Assembly: GCA_029856045.1 (NCBI GenBank) | Contig: JAHQWG010000012.1 | Coordinates: 32,001 to 96,000, forward strand | Direction: 5' to 3' | Length of the DNA stretch: 64,000 nucleotides | Source of the DNA: Promethearchaeia archaeon | Lineage (GTDB): Archaea > Asgardarchaeota > Lokiarchaeia > Sigyniarchaeales > SOKP01 | Shown: positions 30,457-40,577 of the stretch, piece after piece | Layout of the letters: each line of letters starts with the position of its first letter | Position numbering within the stretch: the first letter of the stretch is position 1 | Program-made: the position numbers and the translations under genes | The notes under the pieces: generated by a model | What the model was told of the DNA's origin: nothing | Database searches by the model: none | Seen by the model: only the letters and a program-made list of their open reading frames with translations

Positions 30457-31284
30457 ATACCCACTAAAATACAAATAATAAAATATTTAGATTTCTTTAA
30501 AAATCCTCCAATTCTTCTTGATGTCAATACAAATCGATTCATTGCCGAAATTGCAGGAAAAGACAGTATTGCTGCAGTGATTCTAGCACTTAAGGAGTAT
30601 GAAGTAAAGTCATTACTAGGAATTAGTTTGTATCATCGGGTTTTATATGGTAATAAAAATGAACCTTGGGAAAATTTCAACCTTCTAGTAGAGTTGTTTT
30701 TATCAAAAGAATTAGATTTCGTACCCTTTATTTATCTCGATGTCGGAAATTTATTTGAGCAATTAATTTTACATAATATTGCTATAGTTCAAAAATATTT
30801 TGGATATTTTACCCCATGTCCAGCATGTCATTTATTTTTTCATATGATGCGAATTCCTATAGCAAATTTCTATAATATTCAAAAAATCATAACAGGTGAA
30901 AGGGAATCTCATAATTCCGTTGAAAAGTTGAATCAAATTTCTGAAATTTTAGATTTATACAAATCTTTACTAGAAAAACATCAGATTGAATTGGTACAAC
31001 CCATACGGAAGATTAAACAAGATGTCAATATTTATCGAATTTTAGGTGATCAATGGAGAAATAATATTAACACATTAAAATGTAGTTTTTCAAATAATTA
31101 TTATGATGAAAACGGAAAAATCCCTTTTGAATTTGATAGAATTATGGATTCCATAACAAATTTTTACTTTCCTTTGTTTTCTTCCGTTATACATTTTATT
31201 AATACTCAACACGAGGAACCAGACGAACAATGGGTCCGAGAAAAAATCTTAAAGGTTATTGATACTTTAAAAGATAAAAGATAA
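30457..31284 (+). CDS. Adenine-nucleotide alpha-hydrolase (PP-loop-like) protein with PCxxCH motif
   Basis: Frame open from 30418; IAEIAGKDSIAA lies upstream of track start 30577; YFTPCPACH, ITGERESH; ATA start at 30457 inferred. Confidence 0.65.
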   Translation: MPTKIQIIKYLDFFKNPPILLDVNTNRFIAEIAGKDSIAAVILALKEYEVKSLLGISLYHRVLYGNKNEPWENFNLLVELFLSKELDFVPFIYLDVGNLFEQLILHNIAIVQKYFGYFTPCPACHLFFHMMRIPIANFYNIQKIITGERESHNSVEKLNQISEILDLYKSLLEKHQIELVQPIRKIKQDVNIYRILGDQWRNNINTLKCSFSNNYYDENGKIPFEFDRIMDSITNFYFPLFSSVIHFINTQHEEPDEQWVREKILKVIDTLKDKR

Positions 31285-31306
31285 CAAGGGAGAAGTAATT
31301 AAAAAT

Positions 31307-31888
31307 CTACTCTGATTTATGAGATAAATTCTTATAAGCAAAAATAAATCGTTGAATTGCAGTTAAGTGAGTTCCAATTGCTAATATTACCATTGTCCAC
31401 CAAATAGCAAAAGGGATCCAGATTTGGATTATTGTGCCAATAATAAGTATTGGAATCCGGTCTGTCCGTTCCAGTAGCCCCACTCCACTTAAACTTACAA
31501 TACCCAGAGATTCTATTTTCGCTCTAGTATAAGAGGTTAAAAATGCACCGAAAATAACAATAAATCCAATTATTATCTCAGTAAATTCTCCAATAATAAT
31601 TCCAACAAAGATCAATATATCTGAATATCGATCTAATGTTGAATCTAAAAATCCTCCGAATTTTGTAACTCCTTGGAGTCGAGCGATTACACCGTCAAGT
31701 TGATCAAGCAAAAAGATAAAACAGAGGAATACAATATCTAATAAAATCCATTTAAAAGAGAATCCTAAAAATACTAAAATTGCAGAAATAAAACCACAAA
31801 TACTAATATAATTTGCTGGAATCTTTTTTAACTTCTTACCTAAAGGAAGTAGAAGCTTGTCTGAAAATTTTTTCACTCTAAATAACAT
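31307..31888 (-). CDS. CDP-alcohol phosphatidyltransferase (archaetidylinositol-phosphate synthase-like)
   Basis: DQLDGVIAR....TKFGGFLDSTLDRYSD, SYTRAK.E, ERTDR. Confidence 0.92.
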   Translation of the reverse strand: MLFRVKKFSDKLLLPLGKKLKKIPANYISICGFISAILVFLGFSFKWILLDIVFLCFIFLLDQLDGVIARLQGVTKFGGFLDSTLDRYSDILIFVGIIIGEFTEIIIGFIVIFGAFLTSYTRAKIESLGIVSLSGVGLLERTDRIPILIIGTIIQIWIPFAIWWTMVILAIGTHLTAIQRFIFAYKNLSHKSE

Positions 31889-31993
31889 TTATAACAAGAT
31901 AAAGATATATTTTATATTTGAAAATCTATTTGTATATTTTCTTTATTAAGTTAAATTCATTTAGTAACGCTTAAACAAAAAAAAAATAAGAGA

Positions 31994-32155
31994 TTATTGA
32001 GAGGTAATAGTAACTAGGGATCCTAATTCACTTTTCAGTAAATCTCTAATTGCTACACGGATAACTTCTGATCTATTTGGATAAACGTTAGAGTTTACCA
32101 ATTCTTCAATTCCACGTATATAAATTTCTGGAACATGAACAGTTATTAGCTTCAC
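31994..32155 (-). CDS. Ribbon-helix-helix regulator (CdrS/CopG-like)
   Basis: KLITVHVP...IEELV....YPNRSEVIRVAIRDLL; GTG 32155 after GGTG SD. Confidence 0.88.
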   Translation of the reverse strand: MKLITVHVPEIYIRGIEELVNSNVYPNRSEVIRVAIRDLLKSELGSLVTITSQ

Positions 32156-32282
32156 TTTTTTAACTACACCTACATATTTTTTTAATATATACTCCAATAA
32201 TATCAAATTAAAAATAGGATATTATACAGATATTATCGAATTGAGTTTATTAAAAATCAAAAAAATCTTAAAAGAAAAAGAT

Positions 32283-32489
32283 TTATTGTTCTTCTAATAG
32301 TTTTTTTCCGACATTCTCATAATAATCTTTTACTTCCGAAATTGAGAGCGATACAATTGCATGTCTTGCATGGTTTAATTCAAATTTCTTAATTATTTGT
32401 TGATTAGATGGATTAGATGGGTTAATGACTACATATTCTTTACATCTATGACATGCTCTTACCATTATGAAACTCATAACCAGTCTCAA
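32283..32489 (-). CDS. Small putative Zn-binding protein (CxxC...HxxH)
   Basis: ACHRCKEY...FELNHARH. Confidence 0.7.
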   Translation of the reverse strand: MRLVMSFIMVRACHRCKEYVVINPSNPSNQQIIKKFELNHARHAIVSLSISEVKDYYENVGKKLLEEQ

Positions 32490-32571
32490 CCCAGACTTAA
32501 TTTTTATTTGTCCTAATTATTAAATAGATAGATAATTTATATTTTTTTCTAATTAGTATAATAATTAATCT

Positions 32572-34146
32572 TTATAGGCGATCATGCGTTTTCACAAAAT
32601 ATTTCTCTAAATTTTGCAATTCTGAGGCACTCTTAATTACATATTCTTCATTTAAACATGCTAAACAAAGTTGATCCTTCCTTAATCCAATTGCTTTAAC
32701 TAGCCCATTAATACTCTGATAAGCAAGTGAGTCAGCTCCAATTTTTTGTCGAACAAGTTCTATATAATTATCTTTATCTATATATTCCATCCGTCCAGCC
32801 AATAATTCAGAAGAAGAGGGAAAATCAATCCCCATATAACATGGTGCTTTTATTGGTGGTGCGGAGATTCGCACATGAACTGATTTTGCTCCGCCCTTTC
32901 TAAGAAGTGATACTATTTGAGCCATTGTTGTTCCTCTTACAATGGAATCATCAACTAAGACTACATTTTTTCCATCTATAATAGATCTAATAGGGTTTAA
33001 TTTTTCAGAAACTGCGTTCTCACGATTCGTTTGACCGGGCATAATAAAAGTTCGCCAAACATATCTATTCTTCATTAAACCTTCTTCATAAGGAAGTCCA
33101 GATTCTTTTGCATATCCCAATGCAGCACTTCTACCAGAATCTGGGACAGGAACAACTATAGTATTATTTAAACCGCAAGGGTGTTCTTTTGCTAAATTTA
33201 TGCCTAAATTTTCTCTTGCTTTATTTACAGGAATTCCATCAATTATAGAATCAGGTCGTGCAAAATAAACAAATTCAAATTGACATAATGCTGTTCTTTT
33301 TGAATTCGCAAAAGTTTCCCTATTTATACTACCTGTAGGTTCAAAATGAACAATTTGTCCTGGTTTTACATCATCAATTAATTTGCCATTAACAGCATCT
33401 ATTGCACAACTCTCTGAAGCTACAACATTTTTAATTCGATTATTATCATCAACTGTTCCATAACATAGAGGTTTAAATCCAAATGGATCTCTAACAGCAT
33501 AAATATCTCCATCTGGTGTTAATAAAGTAAGAGAATAAGATCCATCAAGGAATTCTGCAGCAATTTTAAAGATTTCAATCCAATCTTTAGTTCCAATGCT
33601 TAAAGAAGCAAATAGAGTGGCTATTACTTCAGTATCGCTATTACTATTGATAATTATTCCTTTTTCGCCTAAATGCTTCTTTAATTTCATAAAATTTGCA
33701 ATAGTTCCATTAAAACCAAAAGAATATTCAATTTGATTAGAACAAAAGTGATATGGTTGAGCAAAAAGAAGTTTTGAGGATTCCGTTGTTCCATATCTCA
33801 CATGACCGATTCCAATATTACCCCAATATTGTCTTAAAAGTTCTTTATTTAAAGATTGTGCAGCTAATCCACTATTTTTATAAGAATAAATTTTTTGATT
33901 TCCATTTACAATAGATATTCCTACAGCTTCTTGACCTCTATGTTGGACACCCATTAATCCTAAATATAAATCATGGGCAATATTGTATCCCAAATCCGGT
34001 GTTGAAATACCAAAGACTCCACAGTGATCTCTAGGTTTATCATTTATCGAGGGAGAGGAATAAAGGAGTTTCATTTTTAAATCTTTCTTAAAGAAATTGT
34101 TTTTTGAACAAAAATTGCAATTTAAACAATTTTTTAACCCACTCAT
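32572..34146 (-). CDS. purF: Amidophosphoribosyltransferase (canonical, Fe-S type with propeptide)
   Basis: PRDHCGVFG (Ntn Cys), QHRGQE, GHVRY, CQFEFVYFARPDS, VDDSIVRGTT, CLAC. Confidence 0.95.
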   Translation of the reverse strand: MSGLKNCLNCNFCSKNNFFKKDLKMKLLYSSPSINDKPRDHCGVFGISTPDLGYNIAHDLYLGLMGVQHRGQEAVGISIVNGNQKIYSYKNSGLAAQSLNKELLRQYWGNIGIGHVRYGTTESSKLLFAQPYHFCSNQIEYSFGFNGTIANFMKLKKHLGEKGIIINSNSDTEVIATLFASLSIGTKDWIEIFKIAAEFLDGSYSLTLLTPDGDIYAVRDPFGFKPLCYGTVDDNNRIKNVVASESCAIDAVNGKLIDDVKPGQIVHFEPTGSINRETFANSKRTALCQFEFVYFARPDSIIDGIPVNKARENLGINLAKEHPCGLNNTIVVPVPDSGRSAALGYAKESGLPYEEGLMKNRYVWRTFIMPGQTNRENAVSEKLNPIRSIIDGKNVVLVDDSIVRGTTMAQIVSLLRKGGAKSVHVRISAPPIKAPCYMGIDFPSSSELLAGRMEYIDKDNYIELVRQKIGADSLAYQSINGLVKAIGLRKDQLCLACLNEEYVIKSASELQNLEKYFVKTHDRL

Positions 34147-34259
34147 ATTTTCGAATTTGCTCCTTCCATTATTTAAATAAATGTAGAATGGTATAAAATT
34201 TTTTGCATTTATAAGATCTAAATTAAAAATTTAAGATAATGCTTGGATATCTTTAACAA

Positions 34260-35657
34260 CTATTCTACACCATCCCAGCAATATGTGCACAATTTTTCCT
34301 TGGGCAGACCAATAGCTTTAACTAGGTCTTCAAGTCTCTGGTATTGTAACGTCGTCAGCTGCAACCTTTTACGTATAACATCAACCATGGCTTTATAATT
34401 ATCAGACTCAGGGTCGATATATTCGGCAGGATCGTCGATATCCTTTCCAATTAGTTCTTTTATGCCCCAGCGACCTGCTAAATCTAACTCAGAACGAGAC
34501 CGGGAGAAATTAAGGAATTTGCAGCTATAAATAAGCGGAGGGCATGCTGGTCGCATGTGAACTTCCTTAGCCCCAGAACTGTAGAGTCTTTGAATTGTAT
34601 CTCTAAGTTGCGTTCCTCTCACGATTGAGTCTTCACAGAAAAGTAGACGCTTACCATCAATGAGTTCTTTAATCGGAATGAGTTTCATCTTCGCAACGAG
34701 TTCTCTAATGGATTGATCTTGTGGCATAAAACTCCGTGGCCAGGTTGGGGTGTATTTTACAAATGGTCGTGAGAAAGGAATTTTTGCTTCACTAGCATAA
34801 CCCAAGCCATGCGGTGTTCCAGAATCTGGGATGCCTGCCACGAGATCAATTTCCACATTATCTTTCTTTGCCAAGTAAGAACCGCATTTGTAACGAACAA
34901 CCTCAACATTAATACCCTCATAATTAGATGCTGGATATCCATAATATACCCATAAAAAAGCACAAATTTGCAGCCGGTCACCAGGTGCAATTTTCTGTTC
35001 AAGACCTTTCTCACTTATGAAAATTACTTCACCTGGTCCAAGGTATTTTGTTATTTTATAATTGATATTTGGGAATGCACAAGTTTCCATTGCAACGGCA
35101 TAAGATCCTAATTTTTCCCCTATAATGAGAGGCGTTCTACCAAGTTTATCTCGTACCGCATAAATACCTTCATCTGTTAATATAAGCATAGTACAAGAAC
35201 CTTCAATCATATCGAGGACTTTCTTAATTCCTTCTTCATAGGTAGAACCTTGGCTAATTATAGTTGCGACCATTTCTGTGGGGTTGATTTCCCCTCCATG
35301 CATTTCTGAGAAATGTGATCCATTCTTTAATACTTCTTCTGCTAGCTTTTCCAAATTGTTAATTCTACCAACTGTAGCAATGGCGAATACGCCTAAACGT
35401 GAGCCGATTATCAAGGGTTGATCTTCATAATCACTGATCACTCCGATGCCTTTATTTCCGTGCATTTTCTTGATATCATCCTCGAATTTCGACCTGAATT
35501 GAGTTGTTGTGATATCCTTAATATATCTTTGAAATCCACCAGAGTTTTTTACGGTCAATCCGCCTCTTCTGGTTCCTAAATGGGAATGATAATCAGTCCC
35601 GTAAAAAAGATCTTCTATACAATCGCTATTTGAAAAGACTCCGAAAAGACCACCCAT
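34260..35657 (-). CDS. purF: Amidophosphoribosyltransferase paralogue lacking N-terminal catalytic Cys
   Basis: MGGLFG start, DYHSHLGTRRGG, CAFLWVYYGYP, EDSIVRGTQ, LCTYCW; TGATG overlap with purL. Confidence 0.88.
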   Translation of the reverse strand: MGGLFGVFSNSDCIEDLFYGTDYHSHLGTRRGGLTVKNSGGFQRYIKDITTTQFRSKFEDDIKKMHGNKGIGVISDYEDQPLIIGSRLGVFAIATVGRINNLEKLAEEVLKNGSHFSEMHGGEINPTEMVATIISQGSTYEEGIKKVLDMIEGSCTMLILTDEGIYAVRDKLGRTPLIIGEKLGSYAVAMETCAFPNINYKITKYLGPGEVIFISEKGLEQKIAPGDRLQICAFLWVYYGYPASNYEGINVEVVRYKCGSYLAKKDNVEIDLVAGIPDSGTPHGLGYASEAKIPFSRPFVKYTPTWPRSFMPQDQSIRELVAKMKLIPIKELIDGKRLLFCEDSIVRGTQLRDTIQRLYSSGAKEVHMRPACPPLIYSCKFLNFSRSRSELDLAGRWGIKELIGKDIDDPAEYIDPESDNYKAMVDVIRKRLQLTTLQYQRLEDLVKAIGLPKEKLCTYCWDGVE

Positions 35658-37900
35658 CACATATCTCCTTCCATGATTCTAGGTAATGTTGAATTGAATA
35701 AATTTTTTGCTTTCATAATATCTAAATTAAAATTTTCTTCAAGTCCTTTAATCATAATTTGCTTTTCTTCAGTAATGACTCCAATTTCTTTAAAATAGAG
35801 TTTATACTTTTTAATTAATACTATAAATTCTTTTATTTTATCAGCGTCTACTTCTATTATGAATCTTCCAACCGACTCACTAAATACAATTTGTTCGGAA
35901 GTTAAATCTTTATCAAAACAATCATAAAGATTTAGATCAGCTCCTAATTCATTTGGAAAACTCATTTCTAGAATAGTAATTAAAAATCCACCCTTATTAA
36001 CATCATGAATAGATTTAATATAGCCTTTTTTATTGACATCCAATAGAAAATCCCAAGTTCTTTTAGCGAAATCGAGATTGACTTTGGGTGGAGTGCCTCC
36101 TTCAATATTGTAAATAACTGAATGATATTCCGAACCCCCTAATTCATTTTTTGTTTCTCCAATTAAAAAGATTGGATTTCCTGATTTCTTAAAAGGTAAT
36201 GTGATTATATTTTCTTGACCTTCAATATACCCTAATAACATGATAATGGGTGTTGGTTTGATTACTTTTTGAAGAACTTCATCCTCATTATAAAAAGAAA
36301 CATTTCCTCCAACACAAGGGATATTTAGAAATTTTATACTATCTGCCATACCTTTAACACATTCAGAGAAATACCAAAAAGATGTTGGCTTCTCAGGATT
36401 GCCAAAATTACAGCAATTAACCATTGCAATAGGTTTTAAGCCGTTAGAAATAATATTACATCCTATTTCAACTACTGCACCTTTTGCTCCTTCATACGGA
36501 TCGAGAAAACAATGTTTAGAATTACACCCAGCGCTAGCAGATATATATTTATTTGTTCCAATTATTCTTAATACGCCCGAATCTCCATCTCCACATTTTA
36601 CTACTGATCGTACGCCTACTTCATGATCGTATTGCCTATAAATCCATTCTTTACTACAAATATTTTCGGATGCAATTAGCCGATATATTATCTCATCAAA
36701 TTTTAATGATCTTTCAGGAGTTTTCTGATTAATTAAATCATCTAGAAAGTCTGGGCGTTTCTCTTCTCTAATAATAGCCGGAAAATCTGATAATAGAGTG
36801 GGATCTAGCTCAACTACCATATTATCCGCATCTGTTATTCTTAATAATTTTGAATCATTAATTTTTCCTAATACAGCATAAGGGGTTTCATATTTTTTAA
36901 ATATTTCAAGAATAGTCTCTAACCCTTCAGCTTTTACAATAAACATCATTCTTTCTTGTGATTCTGAAAGCATTATCTCAAATGGAGTCATGTTTGGTTC
37001 ACGAGTAAAAATTTTATTGACATCAAATTCTATCCCAGTACCTCCATCTCCTGTTAATTCACTTGAAGCACAAGAAAGTCCGCCGCCTCCCAAATCTTTT
37101 AATCCTCTTACATATCCAGTTTTAACCGCCTCAATTGTTGCCTCAATAATTAATTTTTTACTAAAAGGATCTCCAATTTGAACCGCTGGTCGATCTGATT
37201 CAGATTGCTCAGTTAAAGTTCTGGAAGCAAAAGTAACTCCATGAATACCATCTCTCCCAGTTGAATTTCCCATTAATACAGCATAATCTCCAGGTTTCGA
37301 TGCTCTACTTGGAGTAAAATCTTCAACTTTACCAACACCTATACACGCTACATTTACTAAGCAATTATTTTCAAAACTATGGTCAAATTCAACTTCTCCA
37401 CCAATTGTAGGAATTCCAGTACAATTTCCATAATCTGCAATTCCCTTTACAACATATTTTAGTAGCCACTGAGAATGAGAATTATTTTTTAATCTTCCAA
37501 ATCGAAGTGGATCCAACAATGCTATTGGAAACATACCCATACATAAAATATCTCTAATTATACCTCCAATACCCGTAGCTGCGCCATGATATGGCTCTAT
37601 TGCAGAGGGATGATTATGAGATTCAATTCGAAATGCTATGCAATAATCATCACCAATATCAACAACACCTGCATCTTGTCCAGGACCCGCTAAAACATAA
37701 TCATAATTTTCTTCTGCAGGTTCAAATAATTTTAATTTAGGGCGAGAAGATTTATAAGAACAATGCTCACTTCCCATTACATCAAACATACCCCATTCCG
37801 TAATATATGGGTCTCTTCCAAGAATTGATTTAATCCTTTCTATTTCCCTTTCTGTTAGAGCAACCTCGACTGTATCTCTTTCATTTCCAACTATAGGCAT
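35657..37900 (-). CDS. purL: FGAM synthase subunit PurL
   Basis: SEHCSYKSS, ESHNHPS, GATGIGGIIRD, DLGGGG, SESQERM, QYDHEV, GGNVSFYN. Confidence 0.97.
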   Translation of the reverse strand: MPIVGNERDTVEVALTEREIERIKSILGRDPYITEWGMFDVMGSEHCSYKSSRPKLKLFEPAEENYDYVLAGPGQDAGVVDIGDDYCIAFRIESHNHPSAIEPYHGAATGIGGIIRDILCMGMFPIALLDPLRFGRLKNNSHSQWLLKYVVKGIADYGNCTGIPTIGGEVEFDHSFENNCLVNVACIGVGKVEDFTPSRASKPGDYAVLMGNSTGRDGIHGVTFASRTLTEQSESDRPAVQIGDPFSKKLIIEATIEAVKTGYVRGLKDLGGGGLSCASSELTGDGGTGIEFDVNKIFTREPNMTPFEIMLSESQERMMFIVKAEGLETILEIFKKYETPYAVLGKINDSKLLRITDADNMVVELDPTLLSDFPAIIREEKRPDFLDDLINQKTPERSLKFDEIIYRLIASENICSKEWIYRQYDHEVGVRSVVKCGDGDSGVLRIIGTNKYISASAGCNSKHCFLDPYEGAKGAVVEIGCNIISNGLKPIAMVNCCNFGNPEKPTSFWYFSECVKGMADSIKFLNIPCVGGNVSFYNEDEVLQKVIKPTPIIMLLGYIEGQENIITLPFKKSGNPIFLIGETKNELGGSEYHSVIYNIEGGTPPKVNLDFAKRTWDFLLDVNKKGYIKSIHDVNKGGFLITILEMSFPNELGADLNLYDCFDKDLTSEQIVFSESVGRFIIEVDADKIKEFIVLIKKYKLYFKEIGVITEEKQIMIKGLEENFNLDIMKAKNLFNSTLPRIMEGDM

Positions 37901-38608
37901 TTATATCCTGGATTTTATAAAATTAACCATTGATTTAAATAATTTTATCCCATGAGCATTCTTAAATGGGTTTAAGATTTCTTCTGAGGCTCTTTCAGGA
38001 TGAGGCATTAAGCCAACACAGTTTCGTTCTAAATTGCAAACTCCAGCAATGTTATCGAATGAGCCATTTGGATTTGATTCTTCATTAAGAAGCCCCTTCT
38101 TTGAAACATATTTAAAAACGATTTGATCATTATCATATAATTCTTTTAAATTATCATGAAAATATCTTCCTTCACTATGAGCAATGGGAATATCTATTAT
38201 TTCGTTTTTTTTCATTTGATTTGAAAATGCCGTTTCATTATTTTCAACCCTTAAATGCACCCACCTACATTCAAATTTTAAAGTATCATTTCTTAAAAGC
38301 GCACCAGGTAAAAATTCAGCTTCAGTAAGAATTTGAAAACCATTGCAAATCCCTAATACAGGACGCCCATCTTTAATCATTATCTCAGCTTCCTTTACAG
38401 CAGGACTATGAGCTGCTATAATTCCGCCACGTAAATAATCCCCGAAAGAAAAACCACCTGGAAGAATACAACCGTCATATTTTCTTTCTTTAAAATTAGT
38501 GTGCCAAATCAAATCCGCCTGGATGCCAATAACATTGTTTAATATATGAGTTGCATCACGATCGCAATTTGACCCTGGGAATTGGATAACAGCAATTCTT
38601 ATACTCAT
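37901..38608 (-). CDS. purQ: FGAM synthase glutaminase subunit PurQ
   Basis: FPGSNCD, PGGFSFGDYLR, GICNGFQ, MPHPER. Confidence 0.97.
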   Translation of the reverse strand: MSIRIAVIQFPGSNCDRDATHILNNVIGIQADLIWHTNFKERKYDGCILPGGFSFGDYLRGGIIAAHSPAVKEAEIMIKDGRPVLGICNGFQILTEAEFLPGALLRNDTLKFECRWVHLRVENNETAFSNQMKKNEIIDIPIAHSEGRYFHDNLKELYDNDQIVFKYVSKKGLLNEESNPNGSFDNIAGVCNLERNCVGLMPHPERASEEILNPFKNAHGIKLFKSMVNFIKSRI

Positions 38609-38625
38609 TTTTTTAAAAATATATT

Positions 38626-38889
38626 TTAATTTTTCTTTTTAACACTTAGAACTGTTAGATTTTGGGTCACTGGATTAAAAATCCTGAGATCATTACACAT
38701 TTTTTCAACGAATCTTTCTGCCAATTGCTCATTTTCGGCTTTTACATAAATCCTTAAATATTGTCCTGTTCTAACATTTAAAACCATGTCATATCCTTGC
38801 TTAGCAATCAGGTCTTTCTGAATAGTGGAACCCACTGGATCTCGAGCAGCTGGCTTATTTTCTAATACTACTTCTACAATATATTCCAT
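38626..38889 (-). CDS. purS: FGAM synthase subunit PurS
   Basis: DPVGSTI, VRTG, NPV; position upstream of purQ. Confidence 0.93.
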   Translation of the reverse strand: MEYIVEVVLENKPAARDPVGSTIQKDLIAKQGYDMVLNVRTGQYLRIYVKAENEQLAERFVEKMCNDLRIFNPVTQNLTVLSVKKKN

Positions 38890-39119
38890 GATATTCTATT
38901 TTTTTATGAAAATTTTCAAGATTCTGATAATTAAAAATATACTCAATACTTTTTATTAATTTTTATTAGTTTTTATTAAAGGAAAAATAAAATGATTTTA
39001 AAGAGCATCTTATAACGACAAAAATCTTTAATCATTTAAAAGATTTAATATAGAAAAAGAAACTCCAGTATGATCCCAATCAAGATTCTTATCAATTCAT
39101 TGGTTTTTTCATCTAAAAA

Positions 39120-40097
39120 TTATAAATAACCAGCATGTTTTAAATTATTTTTAATTCGTTCAATAGGATCCTTTTTAGTATCAGGATTAAATTGCACCCC
39201 AATTATTCTTTCGAAATTGTTAATATACCGTTTTGCTAACTTTACTTTTATATTATTTGGAATTTCGGGGATTTTTTCATTTGGTTTAATATTAGGAAAC
39301 GTTTCTGGAAAAGTTTCCATAAGCCAACCTCTAAAAAATTCTTTATCAAGAATTTCAGGTTCCTCAGATTTACCAAATAATTCTTCATATGTATCAGCAA
39401 TCCAAAATCTTGATGAATCAGGTGTATGAATCTCATCAATAACAAAAAGTTCATCATCCTTTAATCCAAATTCATACTTTGTGTCGACTAATATTAGATT
39501 ATTTTTTTTACTGAAATTTTGCCCAAATTCAAATAATTTAATGGTATCTTCTTCCATCTGTTCATAAATAGATTTTGAGACCAAATTTCTATCTAAAATT
39601 TCCTTTTTAGAGAGATATATATCATGACCATGGGTGGCTTTAGTTGATGGTGTAATTATTGGTTCATTAAATTTTTGATTCTTTCTTAATCCTTTTGGAA
39701 ATTCAATCCCAGAAAATTTTTCTCCTTTTTGATAAGCACGCCACAAGCTTCCAGTAATATAACTACGAATCACCATTTCTATTGGAACTGTCTTGCATTC
39801 ACGAACAACTGAAACATTAGGATCCGGAACAGAAATCAAATGATTTTTTACTACGTTTTTTGATTTTTCAAACCAAAATGATGAGAGCTGATTTAAAATT
39901 TGTCCCTTGAAAGGAATTGTTGTTATTACCCTATCAAATGAAGATATGCGGTCAGTTGAAATAATAATTCTAACACCTTCTTTAGAATAATTATCTCTCA
40001 CCTTTCCTTGATACTTTTTTCCTAATTTTGGAAAATTAGTTACTTTGAGGGTATATCTAAGCTGTTCATTTAATATCTCATCAATCATTTCATTCAT
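39120..40097 (-). CDS. purC: SAICAR synthetase
   Basis: GKVRD, TDRISSFD, TPSTK, DTKYEFG, DEIHTPDSSRFW, DKEF.R. Confidence 0.96.
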   Translation of the reverse strand: MNEMIDEILNEQLRYTLKVTNFPKLGKKYQGKVRDNYSKEGVRIIISTDRISSFDRVITTIPFKGQILNQLSSFWFEKSKNVVKNHLISVPDPNVSVVRECKTVPIEMVIRSYITGSLWRAYQKGEKFSGIEFPKGLRKNQKFNEPIITPSTKATHGHDIYLSKKEILDRNLVSKSIYEQMEEDTIKLFEFGQNFSKKNNLILVDTKYEFGLKDDELFVIDEIHTPDSSRFWIADTYEELFGKSEEPEILDKEFFRGWLMETFPETFPNIKPNEKIPEIPNNIKVKLAKRYINNFERIIGVQFNPDTKKDPIERIKNNLKHAGYL

Positions 40098-40158
40098 ATT
40101 TTATTTGTTATGCCTTATAAGGTAGATTATTAATCAAGTGGTAAATAATTAAAAAATC

Positions 40159-40551
40159 TCATTTCTTTTTGTATGTGCCATTAGAAAACTCACTTAGCGG
40201 ATATTTTTTACGATTTTTTTCCATTTTTTTTTGAAAAGCATAAGAGAGATCTAAATTAATTGCATTTGCAAAGCTAAGAAGATAAATAAAAATATCAGCA
40301 AATTCTTCGGATATATTTGAAAAAATATTGGGATTATTCAAAATTTCCTCTAGAGAGGGGCTTTTGAAAAGAAAGAGTTCTAATAATTCTGCACTTTCAA
40401 TGGATATTGCTTGTGCTAATTCTTTTGGAGTATGATATTTATTCCATTTTCTATCTTTTACAAATTTTTCGACTTCTTTTTTTAAAAAAGAGATTGTTTG
40501 ATTACTATCATTAAAAATAGAATTACTTTTTTCGAAATTCATAATAATCAC
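40159..40551 (-). CDS. MazG-like nucleotide pyrophosphohydrolase (dCTP pyrophosphatase-like)
   Basis: RKWNKYHTPKEL, ESAELLELF, EEFADI, KNRKKYP. Confidence 0.9.
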   Translation of the reverse strand: MIIMNFEKSNSIFNDSNQTISFLKKEVEKFVKDRKWNKYHTPKELAQAISIESAELLELFLFKSPSLEEILNNPNIFSNISEEFADIFIYLLSFANAINLDLSYAFQKKMEKNRKKYPLSEFSNGTYKKK

Positions 40552-40577
40552 AAAAAATAGTTATTAAACAACTAAAG

